Origin: Octopus vulgaris
Lineage: Eukaryota
Assembly (NCBI GenBank): GCA_951406725.2
Contig: OX597828.1
Coordinates: 75,702,001 to 75,766,000 of the forward strand
DNA: 64,000 bases
Direction of reading: 5' to 3'
A model generated the notes under the pieces. That model saw nothing but the letters and a program-made list of their open reading frames with translations. It was not told the origin of the DNA and made no database searches. Below are positions 14,346 through 28,753 of the stretch, piece by piece; position 1 is the stretch's first letter; each line of letters opens with the position of its first letter. Position numbers and translations under genes: made by a program.

Positions 14346-14731
14346 TATGAGTGTTTGTGTGTTTATGTGCTCTTACAGTCGGCTCTCAAATTTACTACTG
14401 TAACAAAAGCAGCCTCTTTTGTGGGGATTATACTTGCAATTAGTAGAATGAAACTTCCTCTAATCTAGGATTGCTTAAAAGGTATTTTTAAAAAATTCAG
14501 GACAACTCCAATAATAATAGCAAACAGACACGTGGAAGGGATTTTGAATTTGAAGATAACATGTTCTTCGGCGAGTGGAGATAGCGAAGGAAAGGTTATG
14601 TGCACCTGTATGGGTAGAGGGTAGAGGGGTAGGTGCACGCATGGGTACACAGATGTTTGTATATGTGTGCGTTGCAGTATAAGTAAATGCCAGAAATGTC
14701 GAAACTTCTGCAATATGAATGTGTGTGTGTG

Positions 14732-14763
<32 letters not shown>

Positions 14764-14924
14764 GCAGACGCAGACATACAGGCACACAGGTAGGTAGAGA
14801 GTACAGTCAGGTAAGTCCATGACTATAGAGGTGAACAGGTAGAGGGTGTCAAAAATAGAATTAAGTGTAAGCTACCTGGAAAGCATATATCCCTGCCGCA
14901 AGGATGAAGCGAGTAAAGGAGTAA

Positions 14925-14944
14925 ATGTATGTATATATATATAT

Positions 14945-14988
<44 letters not shown>

Positions 14989-15047
14989 TTATGTGTATAT
15001 ACCTATATATACATATACATACATACATACATAATATATAAATATAT

Positions 15048-15078
<31 letters not shown>

Positions 15079-15105
15079 AATATAAATATAAATATATGTA
15101 CATAC

Positions 15106-15137
<32 letters not shown>

Positions 15138-15160
15138 CATACATATATAAATATAAATAA

Positions 15161-15217
<57 letters not shown>

Positions 15218-15230
15218 AATATACGTATGT
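14925..15230. repeat. (TA)n/(TACA)n low-complexity tract
   Basis: Direct inspection. Confidence 0.95.
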
Positions 15231-15894
15231 ATTTGTGTGTGTTTGTGTGTACGCTTTCGTGCGTGCTTGATATTGGTTTTGCTCTGCCTAGCACCAGATG
15301 CTACTTGTTGAATGTTCTACTGTCAGAAGTACGAGAAAGTATGTTTACTGGTATCTCAGTAGAGCAGCGTTCATTCGTGCAAGTCTTCTCCAATTCAGAA
15401 TACTGGCTGTTCATATATACAACCATACATCATATATAGTATAAACATCCACACACTCATGTTTATACACAAATATGCGTATATAAATATGTTTATGCAT
15501 TCTTCTGCATATAATATTTTTAAAATTTTAGTACAAAATCAGTACATTTGTAGAAGTGGTTGTCGATCATATTGAAATCGGTGTTCAACTGGAACTTATC
15601 TTAATGTCCTCAAAGGGAAGACAGACAAACTTGACCTCGACAAAATTTGAACTCGAAACGTAAAAAGCTGGTAATGTCCCAAGGTATTGTCTCCCTTGTC
15701 TGATTCTGCCGATCCAACATCGAATAACGATGTACATATACCCGTCGTAACTACCCGTCTGATAAGGCACATGCTTTGCCTTTGCCTTCCATCCTTTCGG
15801 AGTCGATAAATTAAGTAACAGTTACACACTGGGGTCGATGTAATTGACTTACTGCTATCTCCCAAGTTTGAGGTCTTTTGCTTCCAGTAGAAAT

Positions 15895-16123
<229 letters not shown>

Positions 16124-16707
16124 TACCCTGATGCAGTAATATGCCCTAAAGCAGTACCAGGCAGTGGATCTCGTGGCTTCTGATCTAAACTATTTGGAAG
16201 TATTATTATTATCATGTACATCGTTTTGCCTTGGTATAAAAGATGGGCTACGAAAATATTTTGCTCAATACCACAGATTTGCTTGTCAGTTGTTTGACTT
16301 AAGCAGTTGACCATGTCCCTTAGTGGCTGACGATATGTGCATCTCTGACCACGAGCAGGAGTAGTGGAGGAGCACTATAGCCATGTATTGAGAGGAAAGC
16401 TTTGGAGTTTGAATAATTCACCTCTGGAAGCATGGGTGTCGTTTTCAACATCCTTAACTCTTATCAGGGATCTTTTGAGCAGGATGGGCAACTCGATCTG
16501 AAGAAAATTATAACTGGGTTCCACCTGCAAGATAACGCGCTGTTTATCTTGATATGAAATCACTCGTGCAGATATGGTTGTCGTGCAGATATGGTTGTGG
16601 TGCATGTGCCTTATCAGACGGGTAGTTACGACAGGTATATTGGGCTTCATATATTTGTACATTAGATCCACTTTGATAACATGCGCTGATCTTTCACTCA
16701 CTCACTC

Positions 16708-16708
<1 letters not shown>
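16124..16708 (-). repeat. About 560-bp interspersed repeat (family C) flanked by (AAT)n
   Basis: Reverse complement of copies at about 20745-21300 and 32322-32830, sharing CCCGTCTGATAAGG, CAACTGACAAGCA and GTAGCCCATCTTTTA. Confidence 0.85.
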
Positions 16709-16741
<33 letters not shown>

Positions 16742-17049
16742 TGGAGGCGGTGAGCTGGCAGAATCGTTCGCTCGCCGAGTAAAATGCTCTGCGTGCTTCG
16801 TCCAAGTTTGATTAATGATCGTGATTATATTGACTGCCAGAAAAACTGTGAGAAAATGCAAAATATTCAATCGTCATATAAAGGATACACTAAGTATTCA
16901 TAAATTTTCATGACCAACTAGAGATAGTTTCAGGATTCAGTATCATATGTGTAAAATACACAATGCATTTTCAGCATTGATGAGCACGTAAGTATTCTAT
17001 CAGTGTATGACGATTTCATAGTATCTTTCAAATCCATATTATGGAAAAT

Positions 17050-18250
17050 CGGCCATTTAAGTTCGTTGGTAATTTGTTGGTGTAAGTGTTTGTAAAAATT
17101 AACCAATTCTGATCATTTGTACAAAATTGCAAGATATTATAATATGGCGTTGTACTTGTTCTCGATACTAATGTGTTTTCGTGACTGAGAAAAAAAAATA
17201 ACGGAGCTTTTGGTGCAAAGGATGTCTTGTTCTAAAATGGATCAAACAATTTATTATTCTTAATGTTTTCATCCTTCAAATAGATTTGGATTGTCTGTTA
17301 GGTATTATTAGTTATTTCTTCATGTCGATAATTACTTGCAAGAATCTTACTAAAGGAATTTTCAGCAAACCCGCTATAACGTTTTGTCCAGCTATGATCT
17401 GAGGTCGATAAACAAATCTTTAGCAAGACACATATCATTGAGAAGGCAAAGATATACAAGCCTGTTGAAATTACAAAGAGAGTTATTTTGGTCTTCGTAC
17501 TGTACAGCGTCCTTCCGTTTTCGGTGCAAGAGTAGCTCATCTTAACGTTATATCTGTTAAAGATCATATAACATATAAGGTCTAAGAAAAAATGTTTGTT
17601 GATAAAGTTTTGGAAAACCCTTTCTATATTAAGTTAGACATTTAAACTATGTGAAGGAATAGGCTGCATATTATTGTGCTTCCTACTTGTTTCGTTCAAG
17701 TGTATTAGTGTTGTTCTATTTTTAAAACCACTCTTTTCTAATGTGTCATCGTAATAATGAACAGCACCGTAAAAGCGTTTTCCCTCAGGACATAAACTGA
17801 ATATGCAGTTGATATTATTAAGTTTCCAAGGATTATTCGGAGATGATTGCAATTCATATTACTATGCAGCGAATTTCATTAGATTTAGTATATAGACAGC
17901 TTTCACCACAAATTAAATCTAAATTTTATGCTGGAGATTAACCAAACTTAAATTTGTTTAATGTGATGCTTAAATCTTATTCTTTGGATATTTTCTTGAA
18001 CTCCTTCATATCACTGTGGCTTTTCATTCATACTTAACAAAATGTGTAATCCGGCATCACGTAAAATACCGGTTTCTTCTAACGAAAGTCTAAAATGTAC
18101 AGTCCTATCAATTCACAAAGCTCAGTTCCCTCGTAAGATCCCATGACTACAATAAAAAATCCGTAGCCATTATATTTAATCTCCAAAAATAATTATCGTA
18201 ACATGGCTCAGATTTCCTACAATGCTTAATAAATTAATGTCAGAATCATT
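17050..18250 (-). mobile_element. Degenerate Penelope-like retroelement, Naiad-like (RT plus GIY-YIG remnants)
   Basis: Minus-strand peptides appear in the expected order: MGSYEGTELCELIGLYIL (18144-18091), GILRDAGL, AVHYYDDTLEKSGF, FINKHF..IFNRYNVKMSYSC, KRYSGFAENSF. These match recalled Naiad motifs MGSYDGAE.CELVGLY / GLYRDDGL / IFNRNTVKVSYSC / YIG..ENTF. Many stops and frameshifts. Confidence 0.8.
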
Positions 18251-18449
18251 AATTTTAATAAAACTTCTAACGAATTTTTATGATCATAAGCTCTTAAGTT
18301 AATTAGCGATTCTGACGTTAATACGGTATGCATGCTAGAAAGTCTTAGCTATTGTACAATTCTTTTCCAGTTAAACATGATGGCCAACGGTTGTTTGATG
18401 TAACTTGAGGAACATACGTTGGGGCGTATATGTCATAATGAGTAAGTAG

Positions 18450-18520
<71 letters not shown>

Positions 18521-18654
18521 ATTATATATATATATGACTAATCATGTATGTTCGTGAGTACATTTGTGTGTGTGTGTGTGTGTTTGTGCCAGTCAGTGTC
18601 GGTCTTTATAAATATGCAGTTCAAACTAATACAGATCCACAACGATTTTGTCAT

Positions 18655-18706
<52 letters not shown>

Positions 18707-19337
18707 GCACACGCACAAGACAACATCTCCCCAATCAAATGTATGTGGATTTTAAAGATGACAATATTAAAAACAATTTTACAATAAGTCGGTCATTAAA
18801 GGTGGCTTATTTCTTGACACTGAAGTTTTCAAAGGGTATGGTCCTTGTCTTTCGGAGAAATAAAACACGCTATTATAAGCTTTTGTAATCTGAAAGAGCT
18901 TGTTGATGCCTACAAACATTTCTGTTTATATATATCGCGGAATTTCCAACTACCAGCTAGCTAAAATATTGTCACACTTGTTCCTAAACGCAAAAACTAT
19001 ATTATCAGTAAGTAGTATCCCTTCTTTAGTGTGTTTTACATATAATCTTAGTCATGAAAAAAATCATGCGTTTTCCAGTGAGGATATAAATAAATTGTTT
19101 GTTGTTCCAATTAATACGTAATATGCGTTACAAAATTTTAACGCTATCTGTAGACATTTCTTGATTAAAAATAATATTTCGGTGTGTTTAGGAATATATT
19201 TTCCTTAGATAGTGTTACATCGGTTGCTTTCTCAACTATTTTAATACTTCGTTACGTGAAAATACGGAGGAACAGTAAACGACGAGCAGGTATGTTATTG
19301 GACGCTGAGGAAAGTGAAAAAGTCTTTTATGTTTCGA

Positions 19338-19368
<31 letters not shown>

Positions 19369-19399
19369 CTATATATATATATACTCGTTACTCTTAATT

Positions 19400-19765
19400 T
19401 TTCACTAGTTTCAGTCATTTGACTGCAGCCATATTGGAGCACCACCTTTAGTCGAACAAATCGACCCCAGGACTTATTCTTTGTAAGCTTAGTACTTTTG
19501 CCGAACCGCTAAGTTACGGGGACGTAAACACACCAACATCGGTAGTCAAGCGATAGTGCGGGGATAAACACAGACACGCACACACACACACACACATGTA
19601 TATGTACGACGGGATTCTTTCAGTTTCCGTCTACCAAATCCACTTACAAGACTTTGGTCGGCCCGAAGCTATAGTAGAAGAGACTTGCCCAAGGTGCCAC
19701 GTAGTGGGACTGAATCGAGAACCATATGGTAGGTGCAAGCTACTTACCACACAGCCACGCCTGCA

Positions 19766-19768
<3 letters not shown>
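19400..19768 (-). mobile_element. SINE family B
   Basis: Same blocks as 25939-26350 in reverse orientation. Confidence 0.85.
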
Positions 19769-19808
<40 letters not shown>

Positions 19809-19812
<4 letters not shown>

Positions 19813-20570
19813 CCCATATAGTGATGATACCTCTTTGAGTGGGTGCTGATACCTCTTTCCAAGTGCACGTTACTAGGATGGCAACACAATGCAGACGACT
19901 AGCTGGCTGGATTCTGAGAACGTTCCGGACCAGAGACAAGGAAGCCATGATGGTCCTCTGGGGAACATTCCTCCTCAGCCGGCTGGACTACTGTAGTTCC
20001 AGCTATGGTCACCCAACAGTGTAAAATTCACAGCGTACCTTGAAGCAATCCAGCAAAGCTTCACAAAAAGACCGTCTCGTTACAACAGCTCAGCAAGTGG
20101 GAAAGGCCGAAGCAGCTAAGACTCTACTCCCTGGATCGAAGGCGGGAGAGGTATGCAGTAGCAATCATCTGGAAGATCCTGTAAGGAATTGTGTCAAATT
20201 TTGGCATTGAAAGAAAGCTACACCGATGCCAGAAGGGGTCGGTACTGCAGAGTATCAAATATCCCAACAATTCCATTGCGCTTCAGGACTATTTACTGCA
20301 ACAGCGTGGGTTTCAGGAGACCACAGCTATTTAATATTCTCCCAAAGAGCCTGAGGGGCCTACACAAATTGGATGTAGGTGTTTTCAAATCAAAACTGGA
20401 TCTCTTCCAGTCGAGAGTCCCAGATGCACCTACCTCACGGCAAGAGGTGCAAATGAGGTAGCCATATCAAACTCCCTTATTCACCAAATGTCACTGGAAG
20501 CTCTCAGTAATAAGTGTAGCAAAACGGCGGTGGCCCAGCATGGCCACAGTTCTGTTCTGAAAGTACAATA
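19809..20570 (+). mobile_element. 5'-truncated CR1-group LINE 3' end (RT C-terminus and 3' tail)
   Basis: Peptides AGWILRTF..RD, SRLDYCS, LEAIQ, LYSL.RRRERY, PQLFNILP..LR and FKSKLD.F...PD, with frameshifts. Confidence 0.85.
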
Positions 20571-20616
20571 TATATACTTTATTTACATTTTGACGGATTG
20601 TGTCCTCATCTTGTTT

Positions 20617-20667
20617 GTTAAAACAACGTTTCGGCTGATATACCCTCCAGCCTTCATCAGGTGTCTT
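20617..20667 (-). ncRNA. Type I minimal hammerhead ribozyme motif (stem I imperfect) in a PLE 3' region
   Basis: Minus strand: GACAC-CTGATGA-A-GGCTG gagggtatat CAGCC-GAA-ACGT-T-GTTTT. Confidence 0.75.
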
Positions 20668-20744
20668 GGGGAAATTTCGAACCTAGGTCCTCATTCCTAA
20701 GGAATTTTTCGATGTTGTTGTTGTTATTATTATTATTATTATTG

Positions 20745-21300
20745 ATTTAGAGAGCAGTGCATGCCATCAAAGTGACACGAGCGTAAAATATACCAAGCCC
20801 AATATACCCATCATGACTACCCGTCTGATAAGGGTACACCAGGCACATGCATCACAACCATATGTGCGCGACATGGTGATCTCATATCAAGATAAACAGC
20901 ACATGACCTTGCAGGTGTGGCCCAGTGAGAATTTTCTTCAGGTTGAGTAGCCCATCCCGCTCAAAAGGTCCCTGAATAAGGGTTGTTTAAGGATGTTGAA
21001 AGAACCGCTCATGTTTCCAAAGGTGAATTATCCAAACCCCTAAGAATTCCTTTCAACACACGGCTATGATGCTCCTCCACTATTTCTGGACGTGATCAGA
21101 GATGCACATATTGTCAGCCACTAAGGGACATGCTCAACTGGTTAAGATCAAACAACTGACAAGCAAATCTGTGGTATTGAGCAGAATATTTTCGTAGCCC
21201 ATCTTTTATACCAAGACAAAACAATGTACATGATAACACTTCCAATCAGTTAAGATCAGAAGCCATGAGAGCCACTGTCTGGTACTGCATCAGGGCATTT
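20745..21300 (+). repeat. Family C repeat inserted in the (ATT)n tract of the PLE 3' region
   Basis: Homologous to 16124-16708 and 32322-32830. Confidence 0.85.
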
Positions 21301-21360
21301 ATTATTATTATTATAATTATCATTATTATTATTATAATTATTATTATTATTATTATTATA

Positions 21361-21436
<76 letters not shown>

Positions 21437-21514
21437 TTACTGCCTGGAATCAAACACCGACTCTTAACCACTACGCCATATGCTCGTGGGCAATTGTGGA
21501 GTGAATTTTAGAGC

Positions 21515-22828
21515 TTATAAATCTAATATTCTCCTACCCTTCCTTAATACCGGTTCCCATATGCAGCTCATATCTGCACTCGGTCTGCTTAGGAGGTTGT
21601 TGTGTCCTAGCATATGTAATGCTTTTTTTTTAGTTTTCATATTTTCCAGTGGTGTTCTCTGTCTATTATTTTAACTTCATCCTACAAGGGGAGGTGGTCT
21701 CCATTTTCCATACATGATCAGCTATACCCGATTTATCAATATCTCTCCGTGTCACAGCTTTGCGATGTTCCTCTACCCTTATTTTGAGGGGGCGGCAAGT
21801 CTCGCCTTTGTATAACCTACCACAGCTGCATGGGATAGAGTAAACGTAGTTCTTGGTCACATTCTCTTCTATTGGTGGCTTTACTCGAAGGAGATATTTA
21901 CGAAGTGTTGTATTACTTTTGAACACTGTCCTGATGTCATATGGGCGGTATATCTTTTGTGCCTTTTCGGAGAAGCCTTTCACATAGGGTAGACAGACTG
22001 GATAGTTTATCGGTTTCATCCTTTCTTTTGTTCGTAATTGGAGTGGTGAGTATGCTTTTTGGGTAGTGTTTGCTTAATAGATTGTTACTGAGCTTGATCA
22101 TTTCTTCGTCGTGGGTATCACGATCGCTACTTATATTCATTGCTCGATGTTTTAGGCACTGAGCAATCCCTCTCTTTACATTATATGGATGATGGGAGTG
22201 GAAGTTGAAGTATCGTCCTGTGAAGGTCGGCTTGCGGTGTACGGATGTCCTGAATCCATACTTGGTGCGTGTTATTAATACGTCCAGGAATGCTAGCTGA
22301 TTGTCTTTTTCTTTTTCCATTGTGAACTGCATGGATAGCTTTACTGAGGTCACATGATCTAACAGCACTTGGACACCTTCCTGGTGGGGCCAGAGTATAA
22401 AGGTGTCATCAACCTATCGCAGCCAAAGGGTTGGTTTTAGTGGTGTTGATCCTAGAGCCTAATTCTCAAAGTATTACACATATATATTGGCTATTATCGG
22501 TGATAATGGCGAACCAATAGCTAACCCCTCTTTTGTCGATATTGAAGTAAGTAGTTTCTACACAGAAGGTCAACATTTCAGTCAAAATTCTCCTTGGTGT
22601 ACTAGTGCGTTCTTTTAGATGGGTGTCTGTCACTAGTTTTTCTTGATTCACCAGTTGGGACTTTGGTGAATAGGCTTATCACATCTAGACACACCATCTA
22701 GTTGGATTCAATGGGGGTATCCTTGATCAATTCTTTGAAGTGGGTGGAATTCTTCACGTACGATGTTGACATTCCTGCTAATTGATTGATTATGTCCACA
22801 AGGAAGTGGCTCAGTGGATGACATGCTA
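21515..22828 (-). mobile_element. Penelope/Poseidon-like retroelement fragment (RT and GIY-YIG endonuclease, frameshifted)
   Basis: ORF pieces SYVKNSTHF; QFTMEKEKDNQLAFLDVLI..SVHRKPTFTGRYFNFHSHHP; CLPYVKGFSE; VYSIPCSCGRLYKGETCRPLKIRVEEH. Confidence 0.92.
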
Positions 22829-22829
22829 T

Positions 22830-22851
22830 ACAAACACACACACACACACAC

Positions 22852-22896
<45 letters not shown>

Positions 22897-23021
22897 TCTA
22901 TGTGTATATACTCACGTATATAAACACACATATATATATATGTATATATATTTACACATATATACATACATCTATATATATATATATATGTATATATATA
23001 CACATATATACATACATATAG

Positions 23022-23052
<31 letters not shown>

Positions 23053-23420
23053 AATACACATATATACATATATATATATGTATATATACACATATATACA
23101 TATAAATATATGTGTATATATACACATATATACATATATATATATATATACATATACACACACACACACATATATATATATGTACACATATACATATATA
23201 TGTATATATACACATATATACATATATGTACATATATATACATATATATATACACAGATATACATACATATATACATATATACATACATGCATATATATA
23301 TGTATGTATACACATATATACATATATATATATATGCATGTATGTATACACATATATAATTATATATATGTATATATACATATGTATATATACATACATA
23401 TATATATATATATATATATT
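22830..23420. repeat. (TA)n/(CA)n compound microsatellite
   Basis: Direct inspection. Confidence 0.95.
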
Positions 23421-23744
23421 ACTGCATGAATCTTAGCAAGAAATTCCGCAAGAGAATGAGAATATTTGTCATCTGATCAGTGGTATGTCTTATAGGATCC
23501 TTGCATTAAAAATGCAAAAGGCATGTGAACTAAATATGAAATATTCACGTTACAATTTATAACAATTAATAATTTGATTGTATAATTTCACATTTAAATA
23601 AATTTTAATGATTGCATTTGTGTCCATTTACTTCTGTCATGTTTGTGTGTGTGTGTGTGTATACATACGCGTGTGTGTGCTTGTGTGTGTGTATATGTAT
23701 ACATACGTGTGAGTGTTTTTGTGTGTGTGTATATATATAGCTTT

Positions 23745-24115
23745 TATCTTATACTTGTTTCAGACTGCGGACATGCTAGGGCATCGCCTTGGGAAATTTT
23801 GTCGAATGAATCGACCCCAGTGTTATTTTTAAGACTGGTACTTTTTCTATCAATCTATTTTACCGAACCGCTAAATTACGGGGATGTGAACAGATGAAAA
23901 TCGGTTTTGAAGCGTTGGGGTAGGTAGACGGACAAACACAAACATACATATGTGCACTCGCACATATACATGGCGGGCTTCTTATAGTTTCCATCTACCA
24001 AATTCACTCACAAGGATTTGGTTGGCCCTAGACTTTTGTCCAAGGTGTCAGGCGGTGGGACTGATCCCGGAATCACGTGGCTGGGATGCAAGCTTCTTAC
24101 CACACAGCAACGCCC
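23745..24115 (-). mobile_element. SINE family B, diverged
   Basis: TCGACCCCAG, ACCGAACCGCTAA and CTACCAAATTCACTCACAAGG blocks. Confidence 0.75.
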
Positions 24116-24664
24116 GTTTTAAAACGCCAGTGGGCGAAATATTACCAAAATTTTGCATAGATAATGTCATTTAAAGTATTTTAAAACTATATATGTCAGA
24201 TTAGCAGACAGGCGTTGGAGAAGGCGGATTAGTGAGGCAACATAAATATCTTCACTTGACCTTCTAAATATAAGAACTAAATCTTCTTCATATCACACTA
24301 AAGTCGCAGAAACGGGAGTGAAGTGTCATGGTTGAAAAGTCTTTGATCATAGGTGCCATAGAGTAAAGTTCAAGCGGTGGATAAACAACTAAAGCAGCAA
24401 CAGAAAGACCATGAAGCATTCCTTGCGAGAGGAATTTAGCGGAACTCTATAATGTAATGCAATCTGGAATTGCCTTAATGACTTAATATCTCTGAGGTAG
24501 GTCCTCAAAATCCAAAGTGCTTTATATAAGTATGTATGGGTGTGTATACATGTATGTATATAAAACCAGATCACACACATACATATATACGTATATGAGT
24601 GAGTGAGAGAGATGGGGGAGAGAAATGTACATGGGTTGCTTGTTTTCATTTGTAACACTGATAT

Positions 24665-24729
<65 letters not shown>

Positions 24730-25938
24730 GATATAATATACGCGCGCGCGCGTATGTGAGAGAGAGACAGAGTACATGTTTTTGTATTTGCTTTGCAAGG
24801 TTCTTGATGTGAATTCGTGTGTTGCAACTATATATTTCTATATATCTTTGTATATGAATAGGAAAGTGTTGGATGTACTTGTGTATGTAACGTGTATAAT
24901 ACATAGGAATAGCGCACGGAATTAGTTTCAAGTGTATAGTTATATGTTTGGTCGTATTAAATTGCCTTTATATGTGTTATTACCTTAGGCTTTTTATAAC
25001 TAAATCGACTTCCATTGCCAATTGCCGGAACTTTTAATTTGGCTCTAACGATAGTTGCATATATCTCGATTTAATTACCTATTTTTAATCACTTAAGGTT
25101 TTTTAGAAATGAAAAATAATTACGTCTGTCTGTTAGTTGAATTACTCCGACCTTTCTTACCACTTTAAATGTCATGTTAAATATCTAATTTTACATCCTT
25201 GAATATCACAACAGTATTCATTAATAATCAGTCTGCTAGACGTACAAGCCAGCAGCTAACCTTTCTCAGCTCTACTTTAAATCATTTACTAAATTTATAT
25301 TTATTCTATAACTTGACCCTTCCTGCACCAATTAGCTTTTACTTTAGTCCCTTACTTTGATTTGAACCCTATAACAAGTTTTCCGCATTGGGATTACCAT
25401 TACTTCGTCTATATCTCCACAACTCCATCTAGGTTGTCGAATTGTGTCGCTAAATCACGATAATCTGTTTCCACAAGTTTCAATTTGATCTTACTATTTT
25501 TTCTAGTTTCTCATATACTTTTTAAAATTTCCTTTGTAAACATCTTCCGGTTTTTCATTTTCACACTTTGACAATCTGTTTTGGCGAAACTCTGCAGTCA
25601 CAAGCATATTTTCTGTTTAGAAAGTATTAAGTTTCTATTAACGGGATCAAACAAATATTAAATTTGAATGTTTATGAAGAGGTTTCGAAATGAAACACGA
25701 TGTGTTCTTATAGTTGTACATATTTTTAGTCTGGAGGAGTCTGCTCAACTATCCACTAGTTCCAACTTCTTGTTGAAGCTTGTGGCTGCAACATTTATTA
25801 ACCCGACCAGTTTGAAGAAACAAGGCATATCCTCCCCACTATATATATATACACACTCAAGTCGTTTAAGGATCTATAAATCAGGAAAATGCACTCATAT
25901 ATCTGTTAATAGAGTGGGTAGGTTCATTTAGAATTTCA

Positions 25939-26095
25939 GGCGCAGGCTGTGTGGCCAAAAGCTTGCTTCCCAACCATATGGATCCAGGTTCAGTCCCACT
26001 TCATGGCACCTTCGGCTAGTGTCTTCAACTATAGCCTTGAGTTGACCAAAGCTTTGTGAATGGATTTGGTAGACGGAAACTGAAAGTAGCCTGTC

Positions 26096-26157
<62 letters not shown>

Positions 26158-26350
26158 GTGTGTGTATCCGCCATCGCTTGACAACCGATGCTGGTGTATT
26201 TACGTCACCGAAACAAAGTTTCGGCAAAAGAGACCGATACAATAAGTACTGGGCTTACAAAGAATACGTCCAGGGGTCGATTTGTTCGAGTGAAGGTGGT
26301 GCTCCAGCATGGCAGCAGTCAAGTGTTGAAACAAGTAACGTAATAAAAGA
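25939..26350 (+). mobile_element. SINE family B (tRNA-like head, CORE-like segment, internal microsatellite, LINE-like tail)
   Basis: GGCGCAGGCTGTGTGG...GGTTCAGTCCC head; TGGATTTGGTAGACGGAAACTGAAAG; tail GGTGCTCCAGCATGGC...GAAACAAGTAA. Confidence 0.85.
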
Positions 26351-26679
26351 ATACATAAAAAATGTCAGCAATCACTGTTTTAAGTAGTGATTCCTATCAC
26401 TGTTGATTTACGAAAAATCTTAAAATGTTTCTTACTCGTGTAAGGCCAGTCCTTGTAGAACTCTATACTTCTCTGTCTTGGTCTAATAATGTCGGCGGTT
26501 TGTAATAGTCTTACCAAAGATCATATTATTAGTTGCCTTCCTCCCCCCGCCATTTCATATAAGACTTTATTAAAGTTTTAAAGTGTTTGCTCTACGGAAT
26601 TGCTCTTCGGTCAAGCTGTGTCTCGTCAGATGACTTTTCACAAGGGGTATCTCGATTAATAAACTTCGTTCCGCAGTGC

Positions 26680-27055
<376 letters not shown>

Positions 27056-27366
27056 AGCCTGGGTGAACAAAATCTTCGTCTGGTTTGCATTAAAATTTCC
27101 CACCGAAATTTCTATCTAAGGGTTCCACTTCATTCTGATGTTTCCCGAGCATTTCGCTGACAACAAGGGCCAAGATTTGGGAGAGAGTGCAAAGACGAAA
27201 TGCAAAGGGAACCACACACAAGCCAAAGGTGGAAATGTTACACGAAGTAAATTGGGTGAGATATAATAAATAGCTATAACAATAAAGTCAGAAAAGCAAG
27301 AATTATACCAAAAATTAAGCAGAACCATATAGGGAGATCAGGACGACAAACACACACACACGCACG

Positions 27367-27460
<94 letters not shown>

Positions 27461-27787
27461 CTTTGTCTTAATATTTTCTAGTAATTTCTGTCGCCAGTTT
27501 AACGCCGCTGGCTTCGATACATTTCGCAGCAAGTCATTTCATAACTCTCTTCTATCTTTATGAAATTAAGTAGAGGGCAGCACCTGGACGAATCTGCTAG
27601 ACATAGGAGCAAAATCTAATGCTTAATGCCAACCTTCTTAGAAGCAAAATAACATTTGGGATAAAGTTTGGCTTCGCTAAGTTCTATATACACTCTATCA
27701 TAATATACGTCGATATTGTGACTACGATATATGTTGTAGCCTAACGTTGACGGTGTTCCAGTGTGTTACTATGTGTGTATGTCATTC

Positions 27788-27824
<37 letters not shown>

Positions 27825-28511
27825 TCGTGTGTTATATTAAGAGTGTTACTGAGTATGTGTGTGTTACTCTGCGTGTGTGTGTGTCTGTATGTTACTCTGC
27901 GCGCGCGCGTGTGTATTACTCTGCCTGTGTGCTTGCCTGTGGCGTTATTCCGTACATGTGTGTATGTGTGTTATTCCGTACATGTGTGTATTACTGTGCG
28001 CGTGTATGTTACTCAGTGCGTGTGTGAGTGTTCCCCTATTACTGTGTGTGTGTGATTCTATGTGAGTTACACTGCGTACGTGTGACTTGCTCCGCATGTG
28101 TATGTGTGTGAGCTTTACGCTCTCTGTGCATGGGTCTGTATTCGCGCGCTTTTGTATGTGTGTGTGTGTATGTTATTCTGTATATGTGAGTTGCACTGCG
28201 TGCGTGTGAGTGTGGTTTACTGAGCGTGTGTATGTGTGAGTTTTACGCTGTCTGTCTGTGTACGCTTCCGTTTGTGTGTGTGTGTGTGTGTGTGTATATT
28301 ATTCTATGTGAGTTACATCGCGTGTGTATGTGTGAGATATACTCTGTGTATGTGTCCGTATGTATCTGTGTCCGTGTGTGCGTTATTGTGAGTGTGTGAG
28401 TTGCACTGCGTGAGAGTTACATTGTCTGCGCATGCGTCCGTATGTGTGTGTGTGTGTGCGTCCGTGTGTGTGTTATTCCTCTACACCCATGTTTTACCCC
28501 TCAATCCTCTA

Positions 28512-28753
28512 CACTAATCCCTCGCCATATCGCTGTTCACCTATCGCGGTTCACCTATCGCGGTTCATTATGTCGATTCCTCCGTGGTGTTGTTTTGCAT
28601 TCATGATCAAATGAGTTTATACAAATTATAAAAATAATTTTTAAAAAGTACAGTACTGCACTGTTTCTACTTATCACCTATCGCGCGCGCGCGTGTGTGC
28701 GTGTGTGTCTGTGGTGTTTGGAACGTGGAACCCGCGATAGTCGGGGGATTACT
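28512..28753. mobile_element. pogo/Tigger-like MITE
   Basis: Imperfect TIRs CACTAATCCCTCGCCATATCGC / GCGATAGTCGGGGGATTACT, with TA on both sides. Confidence 0.65.

Noticed and set aside
14825-14895. GTGAACA-GGTAG...CTACC-TG-GAAA as a G3-C8 hammerhead
   Set aside because: Extra bases precede GAAA, and stems I and III are not convincing.
16324-16365. CTGACGA in family C repeat as a hammerhead core
   Set aside because: No stem II and no GAAA at a suitable position.
17298-17567. Hydrophobic ORF resembling a GPCR transmembrane segment
   Set aside because: It is an off-frame part of the degenerate Naiad-like element.
26595-26635. Minus-strand CTGACGA...GAAG next to (TA)n
   Set aside because: Stem II does not pair and GAAA is absent; at best an unrecognisable relic.
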